From Bradymonadia bacterium (GTDB lineage Bacteria; Myxococcota_A; Bradymonadia; UBA7976; UBA1532): a DNA stretch of 53,935 nt. The DNA lies in the NCBI GenBank assembly GCA_046290225.1, contig JBKAGE010000009.1:1-53935 (forward strand), written 5' to 3'. The position numbers and the translations under genes were made by a program. The notes beneath the pieces are model-generated. The model saw only the letters and a program-made list of their open reading frames with translations, was not told the origin of the DNA and ran no database searches. Below, piece by piece: positions 1-12,112 of the stretch (position 1 is its first letter; every line of letters begins with the position of its first letter).

Positions 1-48
1 CAGCCGCACCGCACGCTCTCGGACCTCTTTTGAATACCTCTTGCTCAT
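1..48 (-). CDS. IS3-family transposase OrfA, N-terminal fragment
   Basis: ATG at 48 gives MSKRYSKEVRERAVRL, a typical IS3 OrfA HTH start; runs off the window. Confidence 0.85.
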   Translation of the reverse strand, partial: MSKRYSKEVRERAVRL

Positions 49-98
49 GACCCCATTCTCTCAATTTCTGGGGTCTCCGGTAAACCCGGGGCGATTCA
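1..98 (-). mobile_element. Left end of an IS3-family (IS51/IS6110-like) insertion sequence, truncated by the window edge
   Basis: Reverse complement of 70-98 reads TGAATCGCCCCGGGTTTACCGGAGACCCC, resembling IS6110-type termini (TGAACCGCCCCGG...CCGGAGAC), and is followed by an OrfA-like start. Confidence 0.85.
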
Positions 99-216
99 CC
101 GTCAACGCGTATGTCTCTTCTGACTTTGAGCCCCTGGCCCCATAAACCTGAGGTTGGGCTGACACGAAGTTGTGCCTGGACGTTCCCGCAGAGAACGCCC
201 GAAGAGGAGTATATCA

Positions 217-600
217 ATGACGAAAGATGTTTCCCAAGTAGAGCCAGACACTGACTGGTCAACGAAGCAGAGGCTTGTGTATGCCGGGCTGTGGTTCGTG
301 GTTGGGGTAATTGCGCTGTGGGTAGCTTCGAGGTGGCTGACGTGGGATGAGTTAAAGCTCCCAGCGGCAATTATGTGGTTTCTGTTGGTAGCCGTCTTCG
401 TGCCACACCACTTACTCAGTACTGGCCCCTCTCATTATTTTAAGTACCGGCTCAGCCTTGAGGGGCGTGACACCGAATCATCCCAAACTCGAAAACCCGC
501 CAATCATCCTCACTCGCAGAGTGGGTCGACTCCAGCCTGCGAATCGGACTCGGCGACAAAGTCCCCATCAGCCCCACGAGATGAGCCACCCCATCCGTGA
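217..600 (+). CDS. Small hypothetical membrane protein (WLTW motif)
   Basis: RBS GAGGAG before ATG 217; two hydrophobic segments; similar to 5735-6124. Confidence 0.6.
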   Translation: MTKDVSQVEPDTDWSTKQRLVYAGLWFVVGVIALWVASRWLTWDELKLPAAIMWFLLVAVFVPHHLLSTGPSHYFKYRLSLEGRDTESSQTRKPANHPHSQSGSTPACESDSATKSPSAPRDEPPHP

Positions 601-800
601 GCTTCAAGCTGATCTGAGCTCACCAGACACTCTCACCAGCACCACGTGCCCGTAGAGATCAACCTCCTGCAGATTCGGGCTGACACCAGCATCAGGCTCC
701 ACGTTCTTCAGCTGACGAGCCGGCGCACGACGCGCTCGCTCAACGCTCAACGGGCGTAGGCGCTTCATCGCGCCTGCGCCCTCAGACAAGGAGCTCTCCT

Positions 801-2411
801 ATGTCCACCCGCCGCAGCATGCTGCTGGTCTCCGCTCTGTTCCTCCTCGCCGGGGGCGCCTGCAACAAGGATCCCGACCCCAAGGCCGAGACCCTCGTGA
901 TCTCCATCTCTTCCGACAGCACCATCTTCAACCCCTTCTCGCCGAGCTTCTCTCGCATCGGCCAGCACGTCACCGGCCGACTCATGCGTGTCGACTCCAG
1001 TGGGCAGAGTCACCCCAGCATCGCTCAGTCCATCCTGCCCGAGCCGGGCAGCCACCACTGGATCATCGAGCTCAATCCGCAGGCCCAGTTCTTCTCGTCT
1101 GCCGGCGCTGACCCGGTCACTGTCGAGGACGTGATCAGCAGCATCACCGCCTACGCCAACCCCAAGACCGGCAGTACCTACGCCGGAGCGCTCGAGAGTG
1201 GTGGCTATGCCGGCGTCGAGCGCATCGACGAGCGATACGTGCGTGTGAAGTTCGACCGTGCCTGGGCCCCTGCGCCGAGCTACCTCGGCGCCCTCGGTGT
1301 GTGGCCGACCAAGCTCGTCACCGGGCTCGTCGCCGAGCCCGATCTCAAGGTGCCCGCCCTCGAGCTGGTGGGCGCTGGCCCATACCGGATCGTCGAGTAC
1401 CAGGCCAAGGATCACGCCGTGCTCGAGCCCACGGGCGAAGGTGTAGCCTACCGGTTCGAGGTCATGGAGCCCACCGCCGCCGCGACGGCCATGCGCCGTG
1501 GTGAGATCGATCTCGTCTATGCCGAGCCCAACCTGCAGGCTGCCTACCGCAAGATGCCTGGGGTGACCCTCATGGGGTACGACTACCACGAGGTCATCTC
1601 GCTCTCGTGCCGTGCCGGCGCCACCCCCGCCGAGCCGAAGCGTCAGAAGCTGTGCGAGGCCCTGTTCCTCTCCGTGGACGCCGAGGCGATGCGCACCGCC
1701 GTGGCCGAGGTGGGCTCCGCGCCCGCCAAGGGTCGCCTCTTTGCTGAGCAGGACGCAGCCTTCAACGCCCCCGATGCCGAGAGCATCGTGCCCGGTTTCT
1801 CTCCCGAGAAGGCCAAGCAAGCCCTCGATGCCGCCGGCTACGCTGTGGGTCCCGATGGTCAGCGACGCAAGCCCGATGGCAGCCCCCTCATCGTGGGCAT
1901 CGTCACCTACAGCTCGATCTCCGAGTACCCCAGCCTCGCCTCGCGCTTGAAGTATGACCTCGAGCGACTGCTGAAGGTGAGCGTCGACGCTCGGGTCGTC
2001 GACTACAGCCAGTACATCGAGGTCGTCTCCGGCCGTCGCGCCGACGTAGATTGGACCTTGCTGATCGCCGAGTGGCCCTTCCACAAGGTCTTCGATCCCA
2101 CCCTCGCCGAGTCCATCGCCAGCAGCTCCAACCCCACCAAGGGGAGCGGCCGTAACTACGTCGGCGTGCAGGATCCGCAGATCGACGCCCTCGTCTCCGC
2201 CGCGGACGCCGAACTTGAGCAGGGCCGCCGGGCAAAGCTCTTCGCCAACATTCATCGGCGCCTGCTCGCCGAGCGATGGGTCAAGCCCCTCTACTTCGCC
2301 CGCGATGCCTGGATCGTCTCTGAGCGTGTCACTGGCTACGACCCCGCGGACACCAACTTCAAGCACACCCTCGAGCAGTTCCCCGAGCGGCTCCATCTCA
2401 AGAGCCGCTGA
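801..2411 (+). CDS. ABC transporter substrate-binding lipoprotein, peptide/nickel family 5 (OppA/DppA-like)
   Basis: RBS AAGGAG; lipobox-like LAGGAC; VGAGPY motif; 'PEKAKQALDAAGY' and 'NYVGVQDPQIDALV' segments typical of family 5 binding proteins. Confidence 0.85.
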   Translation: MSTRRSMLLVSALFLLAGGACNKDPDPKAETLVISISSDSTIFNPFSPSFSRIGQHVTGRLMRVDSSGQSHPSIAQSILPEPGSHHWIIELNPQAQFFSSAGADPVTVEDVISSITAYANPKTGSTYAGALESGGYAGVERIDERYVRVKFDRAWAPAPSYLGALGVWPTKLVTGLVAEPDLKVPALELVGAGPYRIVEYQAKDHAVLEPTGEGVAYRFEVMEPTAAATAMRRGEIDLVYAEPNLQAAYRKMPGVTLMGYDYHEVISLSCRAGATPAEPKRQKLCEALFLSVDAEAMRTAVAEVGSAPAKGRLFAEQDAAFNAPDAESIVPGFSPEKAKQALDAAGYAVGPDGQRRKPDGSPLIVGIVTYSSISEYPSLASRLKYDLERLLKVSVDARVVDYSQYIEVVSGRRADVDWTLLIAEWPFHKVFDPTLAESIASSSNPTKGSGRNYVGVQDPQIDALVSAADAELEQGRRAKLFANIHRRLLAERWVKPLYFARDAWIVSERVTGYDPADTNFKHTLEQFPERLHLKSR

Positions 2412-2461
2412 AGACCTCATCAGAGACCCTTACACCTGCCATACGACCCCAGGGAGAGATC

Positions 2462-3364
2462 ATGTGGGAAAAAGCCTTCGTTTACGTCACCAGCTTGATC
2501 GTGGCCCTCGGGCTCGCGTTCTTCACGCTGTACCTCTCCCCGAGGGATCCAGCGAACCCCGCCCCTGAGATCGGTCAGTCGCCTGGCGCGCACCAAGTGC
2601 AGGTCGAGGGGTGGGCCAAGGCCGAGCTCGTCCTTGACAGGGTCGTAGCCGGAGAGGCCTACGCCTACAACCGGACCCCGGTGCTCGACGTCATCGTCGA
2701 TCGGCTGCCCACCACCCTCGCCATCACCATCCCGGGCATGTTGCTCGGCGTGTTGCTCGGTTTCTTGTTTGGCTCAGCGGCAGCCCGTTGGCGGCACCGC
2801 ATCACCGGCAAGATGCTCTTCGGCGTGGCCCTCGTGGGGGTGATCGTGCCCAGTCCGGTCTGGGTGGCCACTGCCCGAGTGGTTTGGGATGAGTTGATCT
2901 ACCCCGTGATGGCGTGGATGGGGGTGAGCGGCGGCGCGTCTGATGCCATCGCGGCCTGCCTCACCTTTGCGCTGATCGCATTCCCCGCCATCGCCATTCA
3001 TCAGTGCGCCGCCATCACCCGGGCGCTGCACCAGCCCGACGTTCAACTCGCCCGGGCGCTGAAAGCAAAGAGCTCCACCCTCTGGCGGTGGCTGATCTTG
3101 CCGCGCTCCAAGCCCTACTGGAAGACGCAGCTGAGCCTTCTGTGCGTCTCCGTGTTTGAGGGATCGTTGCTCATCGAGAGTGCCTTCAACTGCAAGGGGC
3201 TTGGCCTCACGTCCTTCGACGCCGTGGGCCGCTCCGATGCTGCCTTGGTCCTGATCCTCGTGGGGCTGACCTGCTCCCTCGTGAACCTGGGCGTGCTGGC
3301 CTCTGGGGCCGCCACCGCCAACGACGCTTCCGCCCGAACGCCTCAAGCCGCAGGAGCCGCCTGA
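2462..3364 (+). CDS. ABC transporter permease (OppB/DppB-like), divergent
   Basis: 'PVLDVIVDRLPTTLAI' and 'LLIESAFNCKGLG' motifs; multiple TM helices; operon position. Confidence 0.85.
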   Translation: MWEKAFVYVTSLIVALGLAFFTLYLSPRDPANPAPEIGQSPGAHQVQVEGWAKAELVLDRVVAGEAYAYNRTPVLDVIVDRLPTTLAITIPGMLLGVLLGFLFGSAAARWRHRITGKMLFGVALVGVIVPSPVWVATARVVWDELIYPVMAWMGVSGGASDAIAACLTFALIAFPAIAIHQCAAITRALHQPDVQLARALKAKSSTLWRWLILPRSKPYWKTQLSLLCVSVFEGSLLIESAFNCKGLGLTSFDAVGRSDAALVLILVGLTCSLVNLGVLASGAATANDASARTPQAAGAA

Positions 3365-5679
3365 TGTCCGTGAAGACCTGGTTTCGACGCAACCACCACC
3401 TGGCCAAAGCCCTTGGGCTTTGGGGAAGCCTCGCCGTGCTCCTCGTGCTGGCTCTGATCACCAACGTCGCTCAGGGCGGCCGTGGGTTTGCCCTGCCCTC
3501 GAGTGACTACTGGCTGGGCACTGGCGCCGACGGAGTGCCCTTGGCAGAGCTGCTCGCTCAGGGCGCGTGGCGCAGCATCTCCGTTGCGGTGTTGGTCACC
3601 GTGCCAGCCCTCGCCATCGGCTACCTCGTCGGAGGCATCTGGGCCTTGCGGCGCGCTGATCTCAAGTGGCGCGGTGCACTCTCGGTGTTGACTCTGTCGT
3701 TCCTCGGGCCCACGCCGCTCTTGCTGATTCTCGCCGTGGTCTACGCGCTGCAGGGCCACGACGGGCCATGGATCATCGCCCTCGCCATCACCGTGGTGGC
3801 GTGGCCCGCGATCGCTTTGCGTGTTCACAACGAGATCAAGGGGCTCGAGTCCGAGGTGTGCATCCAGCAGGCGCGGCGAGATGGCGCGACGGCCTGGGAT
3901 CTACTGCTCAACGAGTGCCTGCCGCTGCTGATCCCCGTGCTCAGCGCTCTCGGTGTGCTCACGTCGATCTCCGCCATCACCTCTGAGGCTACGATCAGCT
4001 ACCTCGGTGCCACCTCAGGCCGGTCCTTGGGCGCCCTGCTCGCGACGACCTCGGACGCTTTTACTCAGGGGAAGTACGGTGCCGTGGTCAACTTGCTGCT
4101 CTGCGTCGGAGGTACGCTGGCGATCCTGGTTGGTGGTCTCTACCTGCTGCGCAACTGGCTCGACGATCGTCGAGTGATGAGGGCGATCCCCGAGATGGCC
4201 ACCGATGCCCAACACACCACCCTCGCCCAAGATGGCTGGATGGTCTCGGTGAAGCACCGCAGCACTGGCGTGCCGTTGGCGCTGGATGCTGCGATCCCTT
4301 ATCGGCCCGGTGAGATCACCGTGATCGCTGGGGGGTCGGGCTCGAGCAAGACGATCACCACCCAAGCCATCGCAGGCGCCCTCGACCCCGCGCTGAAGGC
4401 GAACGTGACGTCTCGTCTTCCGAGTCAGCTGTCGATCCTCTATGTGCCGCAGGGGCTCCAAGAGCTCTTCGCGCCTCACCGTACGGTGGATGACTACCGT
4501 GACATGGCGGGCCTGACCGAGCTGCAGATGAAGGCGATGATCACCGAGATGGGGTTGTCGGAGGCAGAGTTACGCGATGCCCACGGCGAGCCGAAGCGCA
4601 TGGGCGCTTTGAGTGGTGGTATGGCTCAGCGACTTGCCGTGGGGTTGATCACCGCTGCTCGAGAGCCCGACGTTCTCATCCTCGACGAGCCCGTCTCTGC
4701 CCTCGACGACGAGAACGCGAGCCGCCTGGGCCGTGCGGTTCGTTTGTGGCTCAAGCGACACCCCCAAGCTGCAGTCATTGTCGTCAACCACCGCATCGAG
4801 TGGACGCGGGCCTACGCCGATCATGTGGTCTTCATGAATCACGGGCGCTCGGTGTGGAATGGCACCCTCAGCGCCTTTGACGCCCTTGGTGCTCAGACGG
4901 CGCCCACGGCTCTTCGACCTTACATCGAGGCCATCGAAGTGTTGGCTGGCACCACCGTCTCGAAGGCGCCGGCCACCCATTACACCACCGACGAGGTTGT
5001 CCTGAGCGTAGCTGATGTCACGCTCCAATACCCTGGCGCGTCGACGCCGGTGTGCTCGGGGTTGAGCTTTGATGCGAGGCGGGGGGAGATCAAAGCCCTC
5101 GTGAGCCCCAGCGGGGGTGGTAAGTCGACGCTCCTCGACGCCATCGTTGGCAACATCGTTCCTCATGAGGGGGATATCCGCATCGCCGGAGCCGCGCCTG
5201 ATCGCCGCTCATTGCGTTTCCGTCAACGCGTGCAGCTGTGCCCTCAGAACCCTGCGCTCACTCTCAATCCCCATGTGACGGTGGGTCGAGCGCTTCATCG
5301 CGCAGCCAAGCGTCGCCACGTCGTCGAGCATGGGCGGTGGATGGTGGCCGTGGAGGCTGCTTGTCTCAAGGCGGGGCTACCTCTTGAGGCGCTTGGCAAG
5401 ACGCCTCGAGAGCTGAGTGGAGGTATGCGGGCCCGTGCCGGGTTGGCGCAGGCGCTCCTTGGGCAGGTGGAGTTGCTGCTCGCCGACGAGATGACCGCCG
5501 GCTTGGATCCCGAAGTCGCCCTGATGGTGCTCGACACCCTCAAGTCGTTGAGCGCCCGCGATGGCCTCACGATCGTGATGGCCGCTCATGATGTGGCCCA
5601 CGTTCAGCACCTCGGAGCTGGGATCATCTCTCTGACGCCGGGCGGTCAGTTGCGCTCCAGGATCGAGGTGAGTGCCTGA
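3364..5679 (+). CDS. Fused ABC permease (OppC-like) plus two ATPase domains (OppD/OppF-like)
   Basis: 'PSSDYWLGTGADG' OppC motif and TM helices; NBD1 GGSGSSKT/LSGGMAQR/LILDEPVSALD; NBD2 SPSGGGKST/LSGGMRAR/LLADEMTAGLD; TGATG coupling to upstream gene. Confidence 0.85.
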   Translation: MSVKTWFRRNHHLAKALGLWGSLAVLLVLALITNVAQGGRGFALPSSDYWLGTGADGVPLAELLAQGAWRSISVAVLVTVPALAIGYLVGGIWALRRADLKWRGALSVLTLSFLGPTPLLLILAVVYALQGHDGPWIIALAITVVAWPAIALRVHNEIKGLESEVCIQQARRDGATAWDLLLNECLPLLIPVLSALGVLTSISAITSEATISYLGATSGRSLGALLATTSDAFTQGKYGAVVNLLLCVGGTLAILVGGLYLLRNWLDDRRVMRAIPEMATDAQHTTLAQDGWMVSVKHRSTGVPLALDAAIPYRPGEITVIAGGSGSSKTITTQAIAGALDPALKANVTSRLPSQLSILYVPQGLQELFAPHRTVDDYRDMAGLTELQMKAMITEMGLSEAELRDAHGEPKRMGALSGGMAQRLAVGLITAAREPDVLILDEPVSALDDENASRLGRAVRLWLKRHPQAAVIVVNHRIEWTRAYADHVVFMNHGRSVWNGTLSAFDALGAQTAPTALRPYIEAIEVLAGTTVSKAPATHYTTDEVVLSVADVTLQYPGASTPVCSGLSFDARRGEIKALVSPSGGGKSTLLDAIVGNIVPHEGDIRIAGAAPDRRSLRFRQRVQLCPQNPALTLNPHVTVGRALHRAAKRRHVVEHGRWMVAVEAACLKAGLPLEALGKTPRELSGGMRARAGLAQALLGQVELLLADEMTAGLDPEVALMVLDTLKSLSARDGLTIVMAAHDVAHVQHLGAGIISLTPGGQLRSRIEVSA

Positions 5680-5734
5680 CACGGGGATTGGGATGAGCGT
5701 TTACAGAGTGAAACCTCAAACCAGGAGTGCATCA

Positions 5735-6124
5735 ATGTCACACTACACACACGGCGCTGACGTGAAGGTCGACAAGGTTGGTTTGTGTGTCCGCATCGGG
5801 TTGAGAATTGCCCGTGCTGCCGCGTGGCTCGTGGTGAGCGCTGTGTTGCTCTATGGGCTTTGGGTGTGTGCTGAGTGGTTGACTTGGGAGAGGGTGAAGT
5901 TCGCCGTCACGTTCGTGTGGATGGTGTTGGTCTTTTCGTATGAGGCCGCCTGGGATTATGTGGGCTTGTGGGCCATTGCCTTGGTGCCGCTCGTAGGTAC
6001 CATCTGGCTCTGGTTCCCCATCTGCATCTGTGCGTTCAAACTCGCCCTGTATGGCGCCATGCTCTTCGTGGGGTGGGGGGCTCTTGTCTACGCGAAGGAC
6101 GAACTCCTCGGCTGGGCCGAGTGA
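5735..6124 (+). CDS. Small hypothetical membrane protein (WLTW motif)
   Basis: RBS CAGGAG before ATG 5735; strongly hydrophobic; similar to 217-600. Confidence 0.65.
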   Translation: MSHYTHGADVKVDKVGLCVRIGLRIARAAAWLVVSAVLLYGLWVCAEWLTWERVKFAVTFVWMVLVFSYEAAWDYVGLWAIALVPLVGTIWLWFPICICAFKLALYGAMLFVGWGALVYAKDELLGWAE

Positions 6125-6169
6125 GGAAGTATCTTGTGAGGGCTTTCAAGCCCCAAACTCAAAACCATC

Positions 6170-7569
6170 TCAATGCAGCCCACCATCCTCATCGGCCCCA
6201 CCTTCCGGCTCCGCCCCTCCCGTCGGACGCGGCGGTAGATCCCCCAACAGCGCCTCCAGCTGCGCAGCCTTCTCCGCGTACACCGCGCTGAACCCCAGCG
6301 GCAACTCTAGCAGGTTCCGCAGCTCCTTCGGATCATCCTTCAGGTTGTAGAGCGCCTTCGCCCCCGTCGAGCCGTCCACGATCAACTTGTAGTCCCCGTC
6401 CACCACGGCGTGTTGCCAGCTCTTGCGGAACCCCGTCGCCATGAACTGGGGCCGTGACTCCAGCGGCTTCCCCTGTGCAGCCGGCAGCAAACTCTGCCCG
6501 CTCAGCCCCAGCTCCTCCAGGGCCCCGGGATCGATCAGATCCACCAGCGTCGGGAAGATGTCCACCGTGCTCACCGGCGTGGACACGCGCCCTGCTGTCC
6601 CGCCCGGCAGGCGGATCATCAGCGGCGCCCGGACCAGCTCGTCGTGCAGCGTACAGCCGTGCCAGTACCCGCCGTGATCCAGGAACTCTTCCCCGTGATC
6701 CGCCGTGACGATGACCACCGTGTTGTTGTCGAGGCCCAGCTTCGTCAGCTGATCGAGCAGGCGTTTGATCTGGTTGTCGAGGTAGGCGATCTCCCCGTCG
6801 TACGCCGCCTTCACCTTGTCCAAATCCGAATCCGACAGCACGCGGCCGTGTGTGCGGCGATCACAGCCGATCCCCTTGCCGCCGCGGCCCGTGCGATCCG
6901 ACTGTTCGTACAGGTTGCGGGCCTCGCGGATCGGCGGGTGAGTCGGCGAGAAGGGCACCGACTCGCGGTACTTGTATTTGTCGTGGGGATCGAGGTTGTG
7001 CACCACCAGGAAGAAGCTGCGGTTCTTGTGGCGGCCCAGCCAGGGCAGAGCCTTGTTGTAGATGAAGCTCGCGTCGCCGTCCCACTCGTAGAGTTTGAAG
7101 CGGGCCCCCTGCAGCATGCCGAACTTGAAGTGGGGGTTCGTATAGAACATGCCCACGTCGTAGCCGAGGTTGGCGAAGAACTCGGTCATCGTGAAGACGC
7201 GGTTCGGCAAGCGATCGGCCGTGCGCTCCGAATACACCTTGTGCTCGTGCACGAATTGGCCGCTGAACATCGAGGCCAGGGCCGAGCGGGTCCATGAGGA
7301 GGCCGAGTAGGCCCGCTCGAAGACCACGGATTGCTTCGCCAGCCCGTCTAGGGTGGGGCTCGTGGGCCGCTTCGTGTAGCCGTACGCCCCGAGGTGATCC
7401 GCCCGGAGCGTGTCGATGATGAGCAGCACCACGTTGGGCGGCTGAGTGTCTGGTGGTGGCTTTTGAGGGCCCTGCGCCGCGGCCACTCCAGCGCCGAACA
7501 TCAGACCCCAGAGCAGCGCGAACAGCAGCGGTCGCGAGCGCACGTGCGTGGCCGGTGAGCGTCGATCAG

Positions 7570-7573
<4 letters not shown>
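6170..7573 (-). CDS. Secreted sulfatase-like protein (alkaline phosphatase superfamily)
   Basis: PNVVLLIIDTLRADHL, SWTRSALASMFSG, DPHDKY, YDGEI and TADHGEEF motifs; signal peptide. Confidence 0.9.
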
Positions 7574-9987
<2,414 letters not shown>

Positions 9988-10016
9988 CTCAAAGGACCTT
10001 TACGCTCCCGCCCATC

Positions 10017-11204
10017 ATGCGCATGCCATCTACACGTCGAATGTCCGCCCTGGTGACGGCGGTGAGTTGTGCTCTGGCGGCCACAGCCAGCGCCGACACA
10101 CCAGCACTGATCCTGACGCAATCTCACCTGGTCAAAGTGAACGGGAAGTTCAAGCCCGGCGCCGCGAAGCTGCACGTGCTCGAAGGCGTCGGGGGCGAGG
10201 TGAAACAGACCACGGTGGAAGATCCCGACTCCAACGTCTTCCACAAGGCCCTGCCCTGGCGGAGCGGCCTGCTCACCGTGGGTGGGATGAAGGCGGCCCT
10301 GAAGCACTGGACCCAGAACAAACAGGGCCAATGGACCGCCCGCACGCTCTGGATCGGAGAGTTCGGTGGGCGCTTCGACCGTCTGCGCGATCTGGAGATC
10401 GGTGACGTGGACGGCGATGGCGCCGACGAGCTGGTCATGGCCACCCATGATCAAGGCATCGTGGCCATTGGTGATCCCACAGGGGACGATCCGAAGCGTT
10501 TCACGGTCGATGTGCAGACCCATGGCCGCACCCCCGACACCTTCGTGCACGAGATCGAGCTGGGCGATGTGGACGGCGACGGCCGCAAAGAGGTGTATTG
10601 CACGCCCTCTGATCGCAACAAGAAGTCTGGTACGGGACAGAAGGGCGGCGTCGACCGCTACACCTTCGTCGATGGGGTCTGGCGTCGCTCGAAGGTCATC
10701 CGCTGGAAAGACGCTCACGCGAAAGAGATCCTGGTGGCCGACGTGGACGGCGACGGCACTGACGAGCTCTACGCTGCCCGAGAGGCCCGATCCGGGGGGC
10801 CGAACACTGTGGAGGTGGTCCGCCTGATCCCCGAGGGCAAGGGCTGGGCCTCCAAGACGGTGGCCACGCTGCCTGATCGCCTGGCGCGGTTCCTCGTGGC
10901 CGGCGACGTCGATGGTGACGGCAAGGTGGAGATCGTGGCCTCGACCTTCAAGGGCGGCCTCTGGCTGCTGCGCCAGAAGGGGGACGGCACCTTCGGCAAC
11001 ACCTTGATCGACGCGGACTCTGGCGGCTTCGAGCACGCGGTGCATGTCGACGACCTCGACGGTGACGGCGCGCTCGAGATCTACGTCGCCGCCGACACGC
11101 AGCGGGCGCTGCGGCGCTACGTGTGGAATGGTCAGGGCTTCGACCGTACGAAGGTGATCGACTTGCTGCCGGGCCACATTACGTGGAGCATCGGTCGGAA
11201 GTAG
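10017..11204 (+). CDS. Secreted FG-GAP/VCBS repeat beta-propeller protein
   Basis: Five (G/A/D)D(V/L)DGDG repeats; signal peptide. Confidence 0.85.
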   Translation: MRMPSTRRMSALVTAVSCALAATASADTPALILTQSHLVKVNGKFKPGAAKLHVLEGVGGEVKQTTVEDPDSNVFHKALPWRSGLLTVGGMKAALKHWTQNKQGQWTARTLWIGEFGGRFDRLRDLEIGDVDGDGADELVMATHDQGIVAIGDPTGDDPKRFTVDVQTHGRTPDTFVHEIELGDVDGDGRKEVYCTPSDRNKKSGTGQKGGVDRYTFVDGVWRRSKVIRWKDAHAKEILVADVDGDGTDELYAAREARSGGPNTVEVVRLIPEGKGWASKTVATLPDRLARFLVAGDVDGDGKVEIVASTFKGGLWLLRQKGDGTFGNTLIDADSGGFEHAVHVDDLDGDGALEIYVAADTQRALRRYVWNGQGFDRTKVIDLLPGHITWSIGRK

Positions 11205-11231
11205 CGCTGCACTGGCCGCTCGAGGAGCCTC

Positions 11232-12029
11232 ATGAACCGCGACGACTTTTTCGCCCACCTCTGGCAAGACTTCACCCACATCGCCCCTGCCGCCGCGGCC
11301 CTCAAAGCCGCCCTCCTCGCCGATGGGGAGCAGGTGATCAACGATCACGTGGCCTTTCGCACCTTCGACGTAGGGCCCTGGCGCCTCGACGCCCTCGAGC
11401 CGCTGTTGCTTGAGCTGGGCTACACCCGCTTTGCCCCCTATCAGTTCGAGCAGAAGCGGCTGCGGGCCTTCGGGTACACCTGCCCCGGCGCGCCGCGCAT
11501 CTTCCTCTCCGAGCTCGAGACCGCGAAGTTCAGCGAGGGCCTGCAGCGCACCGTGGCCGAGCTCGTGGCGCAGATCGACGACGGACCTCTCAGCGCCGAG
11601 CTCTTCTGGAGCGGTCGGCCCTGGGCGCCGGTGCATCACGAGACATGGCAGGCCCTGCAGTCAGAGAGCGAGTACGCCGCCTGGGTGGCCGCCCATGGGC
11701 TACGGGCCAATCACTTCACCGTGAGCGTCAACGCCCTCTCCGAGCCCCTACGATCGCTCGAAGCCATCTTGCGCTACGCCGAGGGGCAGGGCCTGCAAAT
11801 CTCCGAGTCGGGGGGCCGCATCAAGGGCAGCGCCGAGGTGTTGCTCGAGCAGGGATCCACGGTGGCTGATCGCGTGCCGGTGGAGTTCGCGGATGGCACG
11901 CACGTGGTGCCCAGCTGCTACTACGAATTTGCGCTGCGTCATCCAGACGAGACAGGAGCGCTCTTCGAAGGCTTCGTGGCACGGAGCGCTGATCGTATTT
12001 TCGAATCTACGCACGTGGGTGGTCACTGA
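11232..12029 (+). CDS. DUF1338 family protein (HglS/YdcJ-like VOC-fold dioxygenase)
   Basis: INDHVAFRTF, ESEYAAW, ANHFTVSVN and CYYEFA motifs; RBS GAGGAG. Confidence 0.85.
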   Translation: MNRDDFFAHLWQDFTHIAPAAAALKAALLADGEQVINDHVAFRTFDVGPWRLDALEPLLLELGYTRFAPYQFEQKRLRAFGYTCPGAPRIFLSELETAKFSEGLQRTVAELVAQIDDGPLSAELFWSGRPWAPVHHETWQALQSESEYAAWVAAHGLRANHFTVSVNALSEPLRSLEAILRYAEGQGLQISESGGRIKGSAEVLLEQGSTVADRVPVEFADGTHVVPSCYYEFALRHPDETGALFEGFVARSADRIFESTHVGGH

Positions 12030-12112
12030 GAGGTCCTCCGAGAAGGCTGCCCACGTAACGCCTTCGACCTTCCGCCGTACCCATCGCCACATCCACACGA
12101 ACACGAGACCTG

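Noticed and set aside
765..2420. Long antisense ORFs (e.g. 765-2420, 9984-11639, 43663-44961, 45168-46916, 49141-51216)
   Set aside because: Shadow frames of well-supported genes in high-GC DNA, with no motifs of their own
12027..12040. TGAGAGGTCCT after the DUF1338 stop (also near 23307), matching the MITE left end
   Set aside because: The match stops after 8 bp of the TIR, there is no partner right end, and the second occurrence is inside a CDS; chance or an unprovable remnant
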